From: Selaginella moellendorffii
Taxonomy: Eukaryota; Plantae; Lycopodiophyta
Assembly: GCF_000143415.4 (NCBI RefSeq)
Contig: NW_003314305.1
Coordinates: 743,709-807,708, forward strand
Length of the DNA stretch: 64,000 nt
Direction: 5' to 3'
Part shown: positions 46,720-57,835 of the stretch, piece by piece
Layout: each line of letters begins with the position of its first letter
Numbering within the stretch: the stretch's first letter is position 1
Translations under genes and position numbers: made by a program
Notes under the pieces: model-generated
The model's input: the letters and a program-made list of their open reading frames with translations, nothing else
What the model was told of the DNA's origin: nothing
The model's database searches: none

Positions 46720-48700
46720 TTCTATAGGTTTCAGTGCTCGCTCTGTGGCCAAGGTGACAAGATTCCCGTGAAAGGACTCTCCGTGGCAATCTGCGCTTAT
46801 ATTTTTAACGCCAGACAATCCTCACAACGCGAACGAGATTGGGGACGTTGAACTCAACACTCTAAAGATCAGACTCTCGACGTCTCGTAGATTCCTGCCA
46901 TCAACACATAGGCCGCAAACGCAAGCTTAATAACTTGCTTAGTACCGCCGAGGCCGCTGCTCAGGCTCTCTGATAATCTCTTGGACGACGAGCAAGAGGG
47001 CGATATATGTGGTTCCACTCGTGGAGCAGTGAGTACTTTGAAAGCTCGGATAGAAGCCGGGTGATCGTCAGAGTTCTGGTCAGCATGGCACAGGGAATGT
47101 CAGCCTCTTTAGACCAATACCAGTGACACCCCCGACTTCACACCTTTGAGCCAACAAGCCTAAGTAGTCTTCGCCAGATTCTTTTTGTGCTCATGAACTT
47201 TTGAGGATTCTGACCAACATTTTTGGCGGCCAAGGTTGCTCACGATGCTGCAAACTTGAGCGGGGATTGGGGGCTCGTAAACATCCTACAGTGCACGGTG
47301 ACGCAAACTTAGTTTGCGGTCTCGCTCTGTACAGCCGCTTGTGCAGCTTCTCGACTCGCCGTCCAGCAGAGCTCCTGGAATAAAAAACAAGTGTAAAACA
47401 TTCACCGCAGCCACCCATGGAAGTATGCATACCCCTGCCTCGATTTTCTCCCATGGTATTACTGGATTTGTATATTGGAAATTATAGAAAAGCGATTGCT
47501 AAAGGAGTGTGGGACAAGGTGGATTATCTTCCTGATTATGGAGTTGGGCTTATTTTTTCCCCACAATGAATCTATGTGGGGGAAGAAATGAGATGGTCTG
47601 TTGAGTGGTGGGACAATCCGTCTATTGCATGTTGCTGGGCTCCTCGAAAACAAAAAGTCAGCACGAGATCTCCATCCCGATCTCGATCCCGATTTCCCAG
47701 GTGTCGCGTGTTTAACTCATGAATCTCACGACTGAAGAACAGGGAGAGAAAAAAAGGAGAAGCAAGGAAAGTAAGAGAACACTCTCCAAAACGAAGAAGA
47801 GTAGCTCCGGCCTGCCCCAGCTTAGAAAGGCTGCTGGAACGTAAATATAAGCTCTTCACACTTTTTTACAGGGCCTCGGGAAAAGCTGGCCAGCCAATTG
47901 GACTTTCGGGCAGACGACATGAACCATGCAGAGCAGGTTGGGTGCTCGTACTATATGTGATGGAAGAAGGCGATGCTTTGTTTCTTGCTCGGATTTATCC
48001 CTGGACATTTTTTTTGCTTTCTTTACGTCAGATCTTAGAGTCCTCTAGCAGCAACAAAGATTCATGCAACATCGAAAGCCGTCACCTCATGAAGATCCTG
48101 AGGTGTATCAACTCCAGGGATCTTCCCTTCCTATTGCCTCTTTCGCGTCATGTCGCCTCGATAGCACTTTCCCAACACATTCCTTCACAAAGCAGAAATC
48201 GTGCATGCCAAAGAAATGACTATAAAAGAGCTGAAAAGATTGTGACTTACCATTCTCGAGCTAGAACTTTGCTTCCTACTGCTTCTTGGATCGTTATGTC
48301 AAACATTTGCCTGGTTTTGAGACCGTCAGTATGAATGATAGATCATCTTTAAGCTTTGGAAAATGCTTCGGCCTTGGCAGCGGGTGGATGCGGCCAATCG
48401 GGCGTGACATATTACGAGGAAGATCTCCTAGAGGTCGAGCCTAACACTGCGCTGGAAATAATTTTTCCTTGTCTGTTTTCTGATCTTTATGACGTTGCTA
48501 GCAGAAAATGTACAAGGCAAGTTCGAGTGTAAAATCCAAACCGATTCTCTAGTTTGTCAAGGAGCTAACATTCTTAATTTTTGCCTTTCTAGCAGCTGCA
48601 AAGGCGCCTTAAGGCGGCGAGATACTAAATCAGCCGAGGACCATATCCAAAGCCTTCGTCGCAAGTACGTCAGAGTCAGATTTCTCTTCTTTGCTTTCTT
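46720..48700. pseudogene. Collage of unidentified degenerate gene fragments (copy 1; also about 52640-54360 and 61405-64000)
   Basis: Three colinear copies with different indels. No intact ORF. Confidence 0.55.
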
Positions 48701-49170
48701 TTAAAGAAAAGAACAAATTAATCAATCAAATATATATACATCATCCAATGAGAAATAAATATGGCAAAGCAGTAGTTTCTTAAACATCTTTCTCTTTGTA
48801 TGTTTTCCTGGGCAAAAAATTGGCATTCTTCTTTCTCTCAGCCTTAAGAAGAGGGAATTAAAGTCCACCACCACTGCTGTCCACCTTTGCTCTCTGCCTT
48901 TGCATTTGGTCGTTTCTCAGGTTCAGTTAGAGTGCTGCTCTAGGTACTTTACTAACTTGAAGCAGCTTCTTATTTTTGTTTGGCAACAGAAAAACTAAAA
49001 TGTGATTGATGACTGGTGATAAGAGGCCGAGATTTCCCTGCCACAAACGCGTCCATTGCGATTCTTCAGAAAATTGGCTCGTTTTTAAGTTTAAACGTTC
49101 TTCACTTTCAAACTTTCATGCAAATCGTTGGATTGTGACGAGGATGAAAATGTATACATATTCAAGAGAT

Positions 49171-51486
49171 TCATATCTCCATCGCCCTTGACAAAATGTA
49201 CGGCTCTATAAAACGTCTGTCCCTGCTTCTCAAGTGCCAAGGTACGGTCGGGAACTCAAACCATGATCTTCTTAGCAAGTGCTTCATAACCACGCTGTTC
49301 TGCTCCAAGCAAACGGCAAAATACTTGGACTTGAGCCACAGCCGATCTTCCCTGTTGGAGTAGGGGATGACATCCCACAAACCCAGTACAAACTCCCAAA
49401 CAATGATGGCCACTAGAGTATTCCTGATGCTGCACACCATATGAACCGAGGTGGTACACTGGTGTACGGAGACGACGACGATTCTCGGAGCCGTAATGTT
49501 ACCCACTGCCCATAAATAAGTGTATTCATATGAAGTGTCTAACACTTGAATCAGTTTTTCCCATGTCTCCTGGGGAATCTTGGCGATGCATTTTCCGCCA
49601 GGGTCGGCCAGAAACCAGATTTCCATTGTGGGTCGCACGATTGCCGGTCGTCCATTCAGTTGAATGAGTGGACATTTTACGTGAAACTGATAGCTGTATG
49701 CGCAGAAGTCATGGCAGTCACGGCATGGGGTTTGAACTTGCTCCTGAGAAACCCACTCATCACTTTCCCAGTTGTATTGAAAAACCGTCTGCCTCTGGGA
49801 TGCTACCACCCTATCCAGCATGAAGTATGCATATGGCCCAAGCAGGATGACATTCTCAGCGTCCCTAGCGCCACATTCATCAGCTGGAGGCCATGGTAGC
49901 CTCCGCTCATTAAAGAAAGTCTCCACCGGTGTCAATGTAGCAATGCCCCTGCGAGAATTTCCAACTTGCCACTGTGGACGAGTTGAATTATTGAAGCTAA
50001 CCACTGCAGGAGCTACCTCCTTTAACTCAGTGAAGAAAATGACCAGCAGCTTTTCTTGACTTATGCATGCAACCCTGAGGATACGTTCCATTTCCGGACT
50101 CGGAGCCATTACTCGGTTTGTCGAGAAGATTTTCTTGAGAACGTTGGTAACATACAAGGTGCTCCCCTCCCACGAGATTAAGAGGGGACCGTGTGTGACT
50201 AAGGGAGCACGGTGGGCAAAGTTCTTGTCTCTGATCATCCTTGACCAGCCTTTATCGGACCTAAACAGACATAACTCGCTGTGTTTCTTGTTCCAGAAGA
50301 CAAGGGCGGGCTCTTGATATCGCTTGAGCAAACGTTGGCCTGTCCTGCGCCAGTTGTGGAATACCATGCTCAGTGCTCTAATATCCCTGACAGTGCACAA
50401 GAGTTGCGCGACTTGCTGCAGAAGGTCAGTAGGCAGATTGGACCACTTCTGGCCATCAACATTCTCTCCATGATTATAATCAAGTGACTTGACTGGCTTC
50501 AGTTTGAGCAAGTCCCTCAACCTTCGATAGCGATGAGCATACCAAATTCCAGCCTCAAAATCATGGATGTAAACAATCTCCACGCATCCCTGGCAAGTAA
50601 AGAAGGCATAAAGAAAGACGCCATCCGAGCGCCGTGTAATGTTAGCCACACCCGCTTCCAGTGGCGGCTGAAGATTAACCAAGGCTTGAGGTAGGCCATC
50701 AGCGTTAATCCGCCATGTCTCTTCCGAGTAATGCACTCTCATGTTCTTGACCTGGCCTTGACTCCATTTGACCGTCCACACTGGTTCCCTGCACCACTCA
50801 TCCCTTTCCAAATCATATCTCACGCACGGTGTGTTCCACCAGGAAGAGGGCTCACAAAACATGACATGAAGAAAGCCACCCGCCAGTGCACTGTATCCAG
50901 GCCACCGGGAGTCACCATACATGGTGGTCTCGCGACCAGTGAATCCAGGAGAATAACGAGACTTAACTCTCCACATCCCAGTTGTTGGATCGAAGATAGC
51001 AGAAGTGATGAGAAAGCTGTCCTGGGGGGCCAAAGCTGAATCGCTATAGACAACCAGGAGCTGGAACTTGTCAAGGCTGGATCCAAGCGCAGATGTGCTC
51101 AAGACCAAGGACGAGGAGGAGCTGGTCACAAGCTCTGGTGGAGATGGACAGATGCAAGCCATGCCAGTCGAGACATCCAAGACGATGAGCTGCCGGCGCA
51201 TGCTCCACAGTGCCACGAGTGGTCCACCGTCACTCGCAACTCTGTTCTTCCAGTGGCAAGCGATGAGAATGCGGCTGATCCTGCAGCTGTTTCTGTTTTT
51301 GTTCCATACCAGGAACTGACCTTTGGGTGTGTTAAGCACAAGCGCCCAAGTGTGGAACCTCAAATCAGAGCCTCCCTGATCCTCACCGCCAATGGTGCTC
51401 AGTGGCACGAACTCGAGTATGTTGATCCTTGAATCCAGTAGCTCGTCGGAAGCCTCTACATCCTGCAGGAGCTCAACCGAATCCAT
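49171..51486 (-). CDS. F-box protein with internal F-box and duplicated two-module architecture, copy 1 (771 aa)
   Basis: Intact intronless ORF with internal WSNLPTDLLQQVAQLL.TVRDIRALSMVFHNWRR. Kelch-like signatures (YDLERDEW, YNWESDEW) in both halves. Confidence 0.85.
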   Translation of the reverse strand: MDSVELLQDVEASDELLDSRINILEFVPLSTIGGEDQGGSDLRFHTWALVLNTPKGQFLVWNKNRNSCRISRILIACHWKNRVASDGGPLVALWSMRRQLIVLDVSTGMACICPSPPELVTSSSSSLVLSTSALGSSLDKFQLLVVYSDSALAPQDSFLITSAIFDPTTGMWRVKSRYSPGFTGRETTMYGDSRWPGYSALAGGFLHVMFCEPSSWWNTPCVRYDLERDEWCREPVWTVKWSQGQVKNMRVHYSEETWRINADGLPQALVNLQPPLEAGVANITRRSDGVFLYAFFTCQGCVEIVYIHDFEAGIWYAHRYRRLRDLLKLKPVKSLDYNHGENVDGQKWSNLPTDLLQQVAQLLCTVRDIRALSMVFHNWRRTGQRLLKRYQEPALVFWNKKHSELCLFRSDKGWSRMIRDKNFAHRAPLVTHGPLLISWEGSTLYVTNVLKKIFSTNRVMAPSPEMERILRVACISQEKLLVIFFTELKEVAPAVVSFNNSTRPQWQVGNSRRGIATLTPVETFFNERRLPWPPADECGARDAENVILLGPYAYFMLDRVVASQRQTVFQYNWESDEWVSQEQVQTPCRDCHDFCAYSYQFHVKCPLIQLNGRPAIVRPTMEIWFLADPGGKCIAKIPQETWEKLIQVLDTSYEYTYLWAVGNITAPRIVVVSVHQCTTSVHMVCSIRNTLVAIIVWEFVLGLWDVIPYSNREDRLWLKSKYFAVCLEQNSVVMKHLLRRSWFEFPTVPWHLRSRDRRFIEPYILSRAMEI

Positions 51487-51525
51487 GCCTTTGCCCTTTT
51501 GCCCTTTTGGAGATTTTCTCCCAAC

Positions 51526-51597
51526 GGGATTCGAACTCGCGACCCTGTACGTCCCGTGATTCGAACTCGAGACCTTGTATGCCCCAGGATTCGAACT
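51526..51597 (-). repeat. 30-bp-period B-box array (three units) at a duplication junction
   Basis: GGGATTCGAACTCGCGACCCTGTACGTCCC-type units; TCGAAC at 51531, 51561 and 51591. Confidence 0.88.
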
Positions 51598-51705
51598 TGA
51601 AAGGCCCTATTTGAGAAATTTTTTTGCCTTGCATGTGACGAGCAATGGACGAGGCGCTCAACCTCGCGCGAGCCGATCTCTCATGGATTCCAAGCGACCG
51701 AGGAT

Positions 51706-52492
51706 ATAGTAACATGTTTTATTGGTCTGCACTATGGCCATTTTATCGTCCAATGCAAGGTACTTGTCATCCGCCCTTGGTTTTATATTCTTGCTGATGC
51801 CTGGGAATAGATGTTTCAGGAGCACAAACAAAGGATTATAAACTTCATCGTCCCAGCAGTCATACTTTTGGCTCTTGGCTATGTCTTGCATCTGCTTGGT
51901 ACGAGCGCTTTGTAGTTTATGCTCATTAAAATCATTTGCTTTGCACCAGGGATTAAGATGAACAAGCCGCTCTACAGCTTCAGCTACATGTGCTTCACTG
52001 CCGGTGCCGCTGGAGCCGTTTTTTGCTTACTTTACATCCTCGTAACTCTCCATTCATGCTCGTCTCCAGATATTTTAATCCATGCTGCTCGTTCCAGGTC
52101 GACGTTTATGACATCCGGTATCCAACTTTGCTGCTGGAATGGATGGGAATGAACTCGCTGATCATCTACACGCTTGCAGCAACCGATGTTCTCGTGGTTT
52201 TCGTCCAAGGATTCTACTGGAAGCAGCCGCAAAAAAATCTGGTACGTAGCTTCTCCTCGCAAGTTTGTTCTGGTAAATCTTGGGAGCCTTGGATTTCACA
52301 GATAAGCATCATAGGAGAGCTGTTGGTAACGCTCTCGACGTTTTGCAGGTGACATTTACGCGAGAGCACGTATTTTTCGCGATGATTCCATCGCAAAGAT
52401 GGGCCATGCTTGTGTACGTTTTGTTTGGCATCTGTTGCTGGTGCGTGATCGCTGGAGCTCTCAAAGCCAAGGGAATATTCTGGAAGTTTTAA
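51706..52492 (+). pseudogene. HGSNAT: Duplicated 3' half of the HGSNAT-like gene
   Basis: Near-identical to 45789-46575 including introns. No 5' exons. Confidence 0.9.
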
Positions 52493-52515
52493 GAGTTTAA
52501 AGAATTTTTAGTCTA

Positions 52516-52617
52516 GGGTATCGAACTTGAAACCTCGTACGTCCTGGGATTCGAACTGGAGATCCTACACGTCCCGGGATTCGAACTTGAGACTTGTATG
52601 TCCCAGGATTCGAACTT
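52516..52617 (-). repeat. 30-bp-period B-box array (four units), duplicate of 46599-46700
   Basis: Same units and flanks. Confidence 0.88.
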
Positions 52618-54780
52618 GTCCCATTTGAGAAAAATTTCAAGCTTAGTACCTCCGAGGCCGCTGCTCAGGCTCTCTAATAATCTCTTGGACGACGAGCAAG
52701 AGGGCGATATATGGTGCTGTGGTTCCAGTGAGTACTTTGAAAGCTCGGATAGAAGCAGAGTTCTCGTCAGCATGGCACAGGGAATGTCAGCCTCTTTAGA
52801 CCAATACCAGTGACACCCCTGCCTTCACACCTTTGAGCCAACAAGCCTAAGTAGTCCTTGCCAGATTCCTTTTGTGCTCGTGAACTTTTGAGGATTCTGC
52901 CCAACATCTTTGGCGGCCAAGGTTGTTCACGATGCTGCAAACTCGAGATTGGGGGCTACAATGCACGGTGACGCAAACTTAGTTTGCGTTCTCGCTCTGT
53001 ACAGCCGCTTGTGCAGCTTCTCGACTCGCCGTCCCAGTCCGTCCAGCAAGTAGCAGTAGAGCTCCTGGATTAAAAACACGTGTGAAACATGCATGGAAGT
53101 TTGTATACCCCTGCCTCGATTTTCTCCCACGGTATTACTGGATTTGTATATTGGAAATTATAGAAAAGCGATTGCTAAAGGAGTGTGGGACAAGGTGGAT
53201 TATCTTCCTGGCTGGTATAATCCCTATTATGGAGTTGGGATGGCCAACAGCAGCGCTTATTTTTTCCCCGCAACGAATCTATGTGGGGGAAGAAATGAGA
53301 TGGTCTATTGAGTGGTGGGACAATCCGTCTATTGCATGTTGCTGGGCTCCTCGAAAACAAAAAGTCAGCACGAGATCTCCATCCCGATCTCGATCCCGAT
53401 CTCCCAGGTGTCGCGTGTTTAACTCATGAATCTCACGACTGAAGAACAGGGAGAGAAAAAAAGGAGAAGCAAGGAAAGTAAGAGAACACTCTCCAAAACG
53501 AAGAAGAGTAGCTCTGGACCCCCGGCCTGCCCCAGCTTAGAATGCTGGAACGTAAATATAAGCTCTTCACACTTTTTTACAGGGCCTCGGGAAAAGCTGG
53601 CCAGCCAATTGGACTTTCGGGCAGACGACATGAACCATGCAGAGCAGGTTGGGTGCTCGTACTATATGTGATGGAAGAAGGCGATGCTTTGCTTCTTGCT
53701 CGGATTTATCCCTGGACATTTTTTTTGCTTTCTTTACGTCAGATCTTAGAGTCGTCTAGCAACAACAGAGATTCATGCAACATCGAAAGCCGTTACCTCA
53801 TGAAGATCCTGAGGAGTATCAACTCCAGGGATCTTCCCTTCCTATTGCCTCTTTCGTGTCATGTCGCCTCGATAGCACTTTGCCAACACATTCCTTCTCA
53901 AAGCAGAAATCCTGCACGCCAAAGAAATGACTGTAAAAGAGCTGAAAAGATTGTGACTTACCATTCTCGAGCTAGAACTTTGCTTCCTACTGCTGCTTGG
54001 ATCGTTACGTCGATATGAATGATAGATCATCTTCTAAGCTTTGGAGAATGCTTTGCGGCCAATCGGGCGTGGAAGATATTACGAGGAAGATCTCCTAGAG
54101 GTCGAGCCTAACACTGCGCTGGAAATAATTTTTCCTTGTCTATTTTTTGATCTTTATGACGTTGCTAGCAGAAGATGTACAAGGCAAGTTTCAGTGTAAA
54201 ATCCAAATCGATTCTCTAGTTTGTCGAAGATCTAACATTCTTTACTTTTTCCTTTCTAGCAGCTGCAAAGGCGCCTTAAGGCGGCGAGATACCAAATCAG
54301 CCGAGGACCAGATCGAAAGCCTTCGTCGCAAGTACGTGAGTCTTCTTTGCTTTCTTTTAAAAAACGAACAAATTAATCAATCGAATATATATACATCATC
54401 CAATAAGAAGTAAATATGGCAAGCAATATGCGCTTGAGTAGTTTCTTAAACATCTTTCTCTTTGTATAAATTCGCATTCTTGTTTCTTTCAGCCTTAAGA
54501 GAGAGGGAATAAAGTCCACCACCCTGATAGAAAGTTAGAGTGCTGCTCTATAGGTACTTTACTAACTTGAAGCAGCTTCTTATTTTTGTTTGGCAACAGA
54601 AAAACTAAAATGTGATTGACGACTGGTGATCAGAGGCCGAGATTTCCCTGCCGCAAACGCGTCCATTGAGATTCTTCAGAAAATTGGATCGTTTTTAAGT
54701 TTGAACGTTCTTCACTCTCAAACTTTCATGCAAATCGTTGGATTGTGACGAGGATGAAAATGTATACATATTCAAGAGAT

Positions 54781-57243
54781 TCATATCTCCATCGCCCTTG
54801 ACAAAATGTACGGCTCTATAAAACGTCTGTCCCTGCTTCTCAAGTGCCAAGGTACGGTCAGGAAGTCAAACCATGATCTTCTTAGCAAGTGCTTCATAAC
54901 CACGCTGTTCTGCTCCAAGCAAACGGCAAAATACTTGGACTTGAGCCACAGCCGATCTTCCCTGTTGGAGTAGGGGATGACATCCCACAAACCCAGTACA
55001 AACTCCCAAACAATGATGGCCACTAGAGTATTCCTGATGCTGCACACCATATGAATCGAGGTGGTACACTGGTGTACGGAGACGACGACAATTCTCGGAG
55101 CTGTAATGTTACCCACTGCCCATATATAAGTGTATTCATATGAAGTGTCTAACACTTGAATCAGTTTTTCCCATGTCTCCTGGGGAATCTTGGCGATGCA
55201 TTTTCCGCCAGGGTCGGCCAGAAACCAGATTTCCATTGTGGGTCGCACGATTGCCGGTCGTCCATTCAGTTGAATGAGTGGAGACTTTACGTGAAACTGA
55301 TAGCTGTATGCGCAGAAGTCATGGCAGTCACGGCATGAGGTTTGAACTTGCTCCTGAGAAACCCACTCATCACTTTCCCAGTTGTATTGAAAAACCGTCT
55401 GCCTCTGGGATGCTACCACCCTATTCAGCATGAAGTATGCATATGACCCAAGCAGGATGACATTCTCAGCGTCCCTAGCGCCACATTCATCAGCTGGAGG
55501 CCATGGTAGCCTCCGCTCATTAAAGAAAGTCTCCACCGGTGTCAATGTAGCAATGCCCCTGCGAGAATTTCCAACTTGCCACTGTGGACGAGTTGAATTA
55601 TTGAAGCTAACCACTGCAGGAGCTACCTCCTTTAACTCAGTGAAGAAAATGACCAGCAGCTTTTCTTGACTTATGCATGCAACCCTGAGGATACGTTCCA
55701 TTTCCGGACTCGGAGCCATTACTCGCTTTGTCGAGAAGATTTTCTTGAGAACGTTGGTAACATACAAGGTGCTCCCCTCCCACGAGATTAAGAGGGGACC
55801 GTGTGTGATTAAGGGAGCACGGTGGGCAAAGTTCTTGTCTCTGATCATCCTTGACCAGCCTTTATCGGACCTAAAGAAGCATAACTCGCTGTGTTTCTTG
55901 TTCCAGAAGACAAGGGCGGGCTCTTGATATCGCTTGAGCAAACGTTGGCCTGTCCTGCGCCAGTTGTGGCATACCATGCTCAGTGATCTAATATCCCTGA
56001 CAGTGCACAAGAGTTGCGCGACTTGCTGCAGAAGGTCAGTAGGCAGATTGGACCACTTCTGGCCATCAACATTCTCTCCATGATTATAATCAAGTGACTT
56101 GACTGGCTTCAGTTTAAGCAAGTCCCTCAACCTTCGATAGCGATGAGCATACCAAATTCCAGCCTCAAAATCATGGATGTAAACAATCTCCACGCATCCC
56201 TGGCAAGTAAAGAAGGCATAAAGAAAGACGCCATCCGAGCGCCGTGTAATGTTAGCCACACCCGCTTCCAGTGGCGGCTGAAGATTAACCAAGTCTTGAG
56301 GTAGGCCATCAGCGTTAATCCGCCATGTCTCTTCCGAGTAATGCACTCTCATGTTCTTGACCTGGCCTTGACTCCATTTGACCGTCCACACTGGTTCCCT
56401 GCACCACTCATCCCTTTCCAAATCATATCTCACGCATGGTGTGCTCCACCAGGAAGAGGGCTCACAAAACATGACATGAAGAAAGCCACCCGCCAGTGCA
56501 CTGTATCCAGGCCACCGGGAGTCACCATACACGGTGGTCTCGCGACAAGTGAATCCAGGAGAATAACGAGACTTAACTCTCCACATCCCAGTTGTTGAAT
56601 CGAAGATAGCAGAAGTGATGAGAAAGCTGTGCTCTGGGGCCAAATGTGAATCGCTATAGACAACCAGGAGCTGGAACTTGTCAAGGCTGGATCCAAGCGC
56701 AGATGTGCTCAAGACCAAGGACGAGGAGGAGCTGGTCACAAGCTCTGGTGGAGATGGACAGATGCAAGCCATGCCAGTCGAAACATCCAAGATGATGAGC
56801 TGCCGGCGCATGCTCCACAGTGCCACGAGTGGTCCACCGTCACTAGCAACTCTGTTCTTCCAGTGGCAAGCGATGAGGATGCGGCTGATCCTGCAGCTGT
56901 TCCTGTTCTTGTTCCATACCAGGAACTGACCCTTGGGTGTGTTAAGCACAAGCGCCCAAGTGTGGAACCTCAAATCAGAGCCTCCCTGATCCTCACCGCC
57001 AATGGTGCTCAGTGGCACGAACTCGAGTATGTTGATCCTTGAATCCAGTAGCTCGTCGCAAGCCTCTATATCCTGCAGGAGCTCAACCGAATCCATGCCT
57101 TTTCCCTTTTGCTGCGCCAACCCTTTATCTCCGCATGACATTTTTGTGATTAGGTTGTTTTGCTTAAGCAAACAAGCTTTAATAGACAATGCCTTTTGTG
57201 ATGAAGTACCACTAGGAATTTCATGGCTAGTTTTCTTTAACAT
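54781..57243 (-). CDS. F-box protein, copy 2 (820 aa as ORF; true start may be the internal MDSVELL)
   Basis: Near-identical to copy 1; the F-box retains VCHNWRR. The N-terminal 49 aa are absent from the copy 1 ORF. Confidence 0.85.
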   Translation of the reverse strand: MLKKTSHEIPSGTSSQKALSIKACLLKQNNLITKMSCGDKGLAQQKGKGMDSVELLQDIEACDELLDSRINILEFVPLSTIGGEDQGGSDLRFHTWALVLNTPKGQFLVWNKNRNSCRISRILIACHWKNRVASDGGPLVALWSMRRQLIILDVSTGMACICPSPPELVTSSSSSLVLSTSALGSSLDKFQLLVVYSDSHLAPEHSFLITSAIFDSTTGMWRVKSRYSPGFTCRETTVYGDSRWPGYSALAGGFLHVMFCEPSSWWSTPCVRYDLERDEWCREPVWTVKWSQGQVKNMRVHYSEETWRINADGLPQDLVNLQPPLEAGVANITRRSDGVFLYAFFTCQGCVEIVYIHDFEAGIWYAHRYRRLRDLLKLKPVKSLDYNHGENVDGQKWSNLPTDLLQQVAQLLCTVRDIRSLSMVCHNWRRTGQRLLKRYQEPALVFWNKKHSELCFFRSDKGWSRMIRDKNFAHRAPLITHGPLLISWEGSTLYVTNVLKKIFSTKRVMAPSPEMERILRVACISQEKLLVIFFTELKEVAPAVVSFNNSTRPQWQVGNSRRGIATLTPVETFFNERRLPWPPADECGARDAENVILLGSYAYFMLNRVVASQRQTVFQYNWESDEWVSQEQVQTSCRDCHDFCAYSYQFHVKSPLIQLNGRPAIVRPTMEIWFLADPGGKCIAKIPQETWEKLIQVLDTSYEYTYIWAVGNITAPRIVVVSVHQCTTSIHMVCSIRNTLVAIIVWEFVLGLWDVIPYSNREDRLWLKSKYFAVCLEQNSVVMKHLLRRSWFDFLTVPWHLRSRDRRFIEPYILSRAMEI

Positions 57244-57610
57244 CTTGGCGTTGGTTCGGATTCCTCTCGAGCCTGCTGCCTTGCCGCAGTTTCCTTTGCT
57301 CGCTCTTCCTTCGCGGCTTCTGCTTCATCTCACACTCGTTCCTCAACCTCTCGATGGAGCTGAAGTTGCTCTCCTGTCTTCCACCACTCTGGCTATGGCT
57401 GGCACTGGCACCATCTTCGTTCTCTACCTTCTGGCTCTTCAGGTTTCTAAAAGAAACTACGTTTTCTAAAAGAGAGGTACCTACAAAACTTGAGGATCGA
57501 GCTCCTTCAGCCTCTTCTTATACTTTTGCACCTTCTTGGCGTTCTGATAAAACTCCCGTTTCTTCTCTGCGCACTTGGAAACATACTCAGCTGCGGTTTC
57601 TTTTCCCTGG
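57225..57610 (-). pseudogene. Relic resembling plant FYV7/CCDC59 rRNA-processing protein
   Basis: KKREFYQNAKKVQKYKKRLK, a coiled-coil EAAKEERAKETAARQQAREESE and KMLKKTSH recall the family motifs KEFYKNAK.V.KYK and KMFKKTRHGQP (from memory). Frameshifted. Confidence 0.5.
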
Positions 57611-57835
57611 TTGATCACTGTAGCCTCGGGTACCATTTCCTTCGTACCCCGCGAAACACTTGCAACGAAATGATGTTCCTTCGTTGCACACGATCCTTGA
57701 CTGGTGGCTGCGCGATAAAGCGATAAGCTCGTGACTTAGAGAACAGAGCTTGCTCTTTAAACGTGTCTTCCACGTTGATCATCAGCACCAGCTCTTCTCA
57801 TTTTTGGATTTGTTCTCTGGAAGTTCCGGCCGAAA

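Larger units (their letters stand above)
45789..57112 (+). repeat. Tandem segmental duplication (about 45789-51502 vs about 51706-57112); third partial copy at 61400-64000
   Basis: HGSNAT 3' half, 30-bp array, fragment collage and F-box gene repeat colinearly at high identity. Confidence 0.92.

Noticed and set aside
51526-51597. tRNA gene(s)
   Set aside because: Only T-loop/B-box fragments are present, with no A-box, anticodon arm or acceptor stem.
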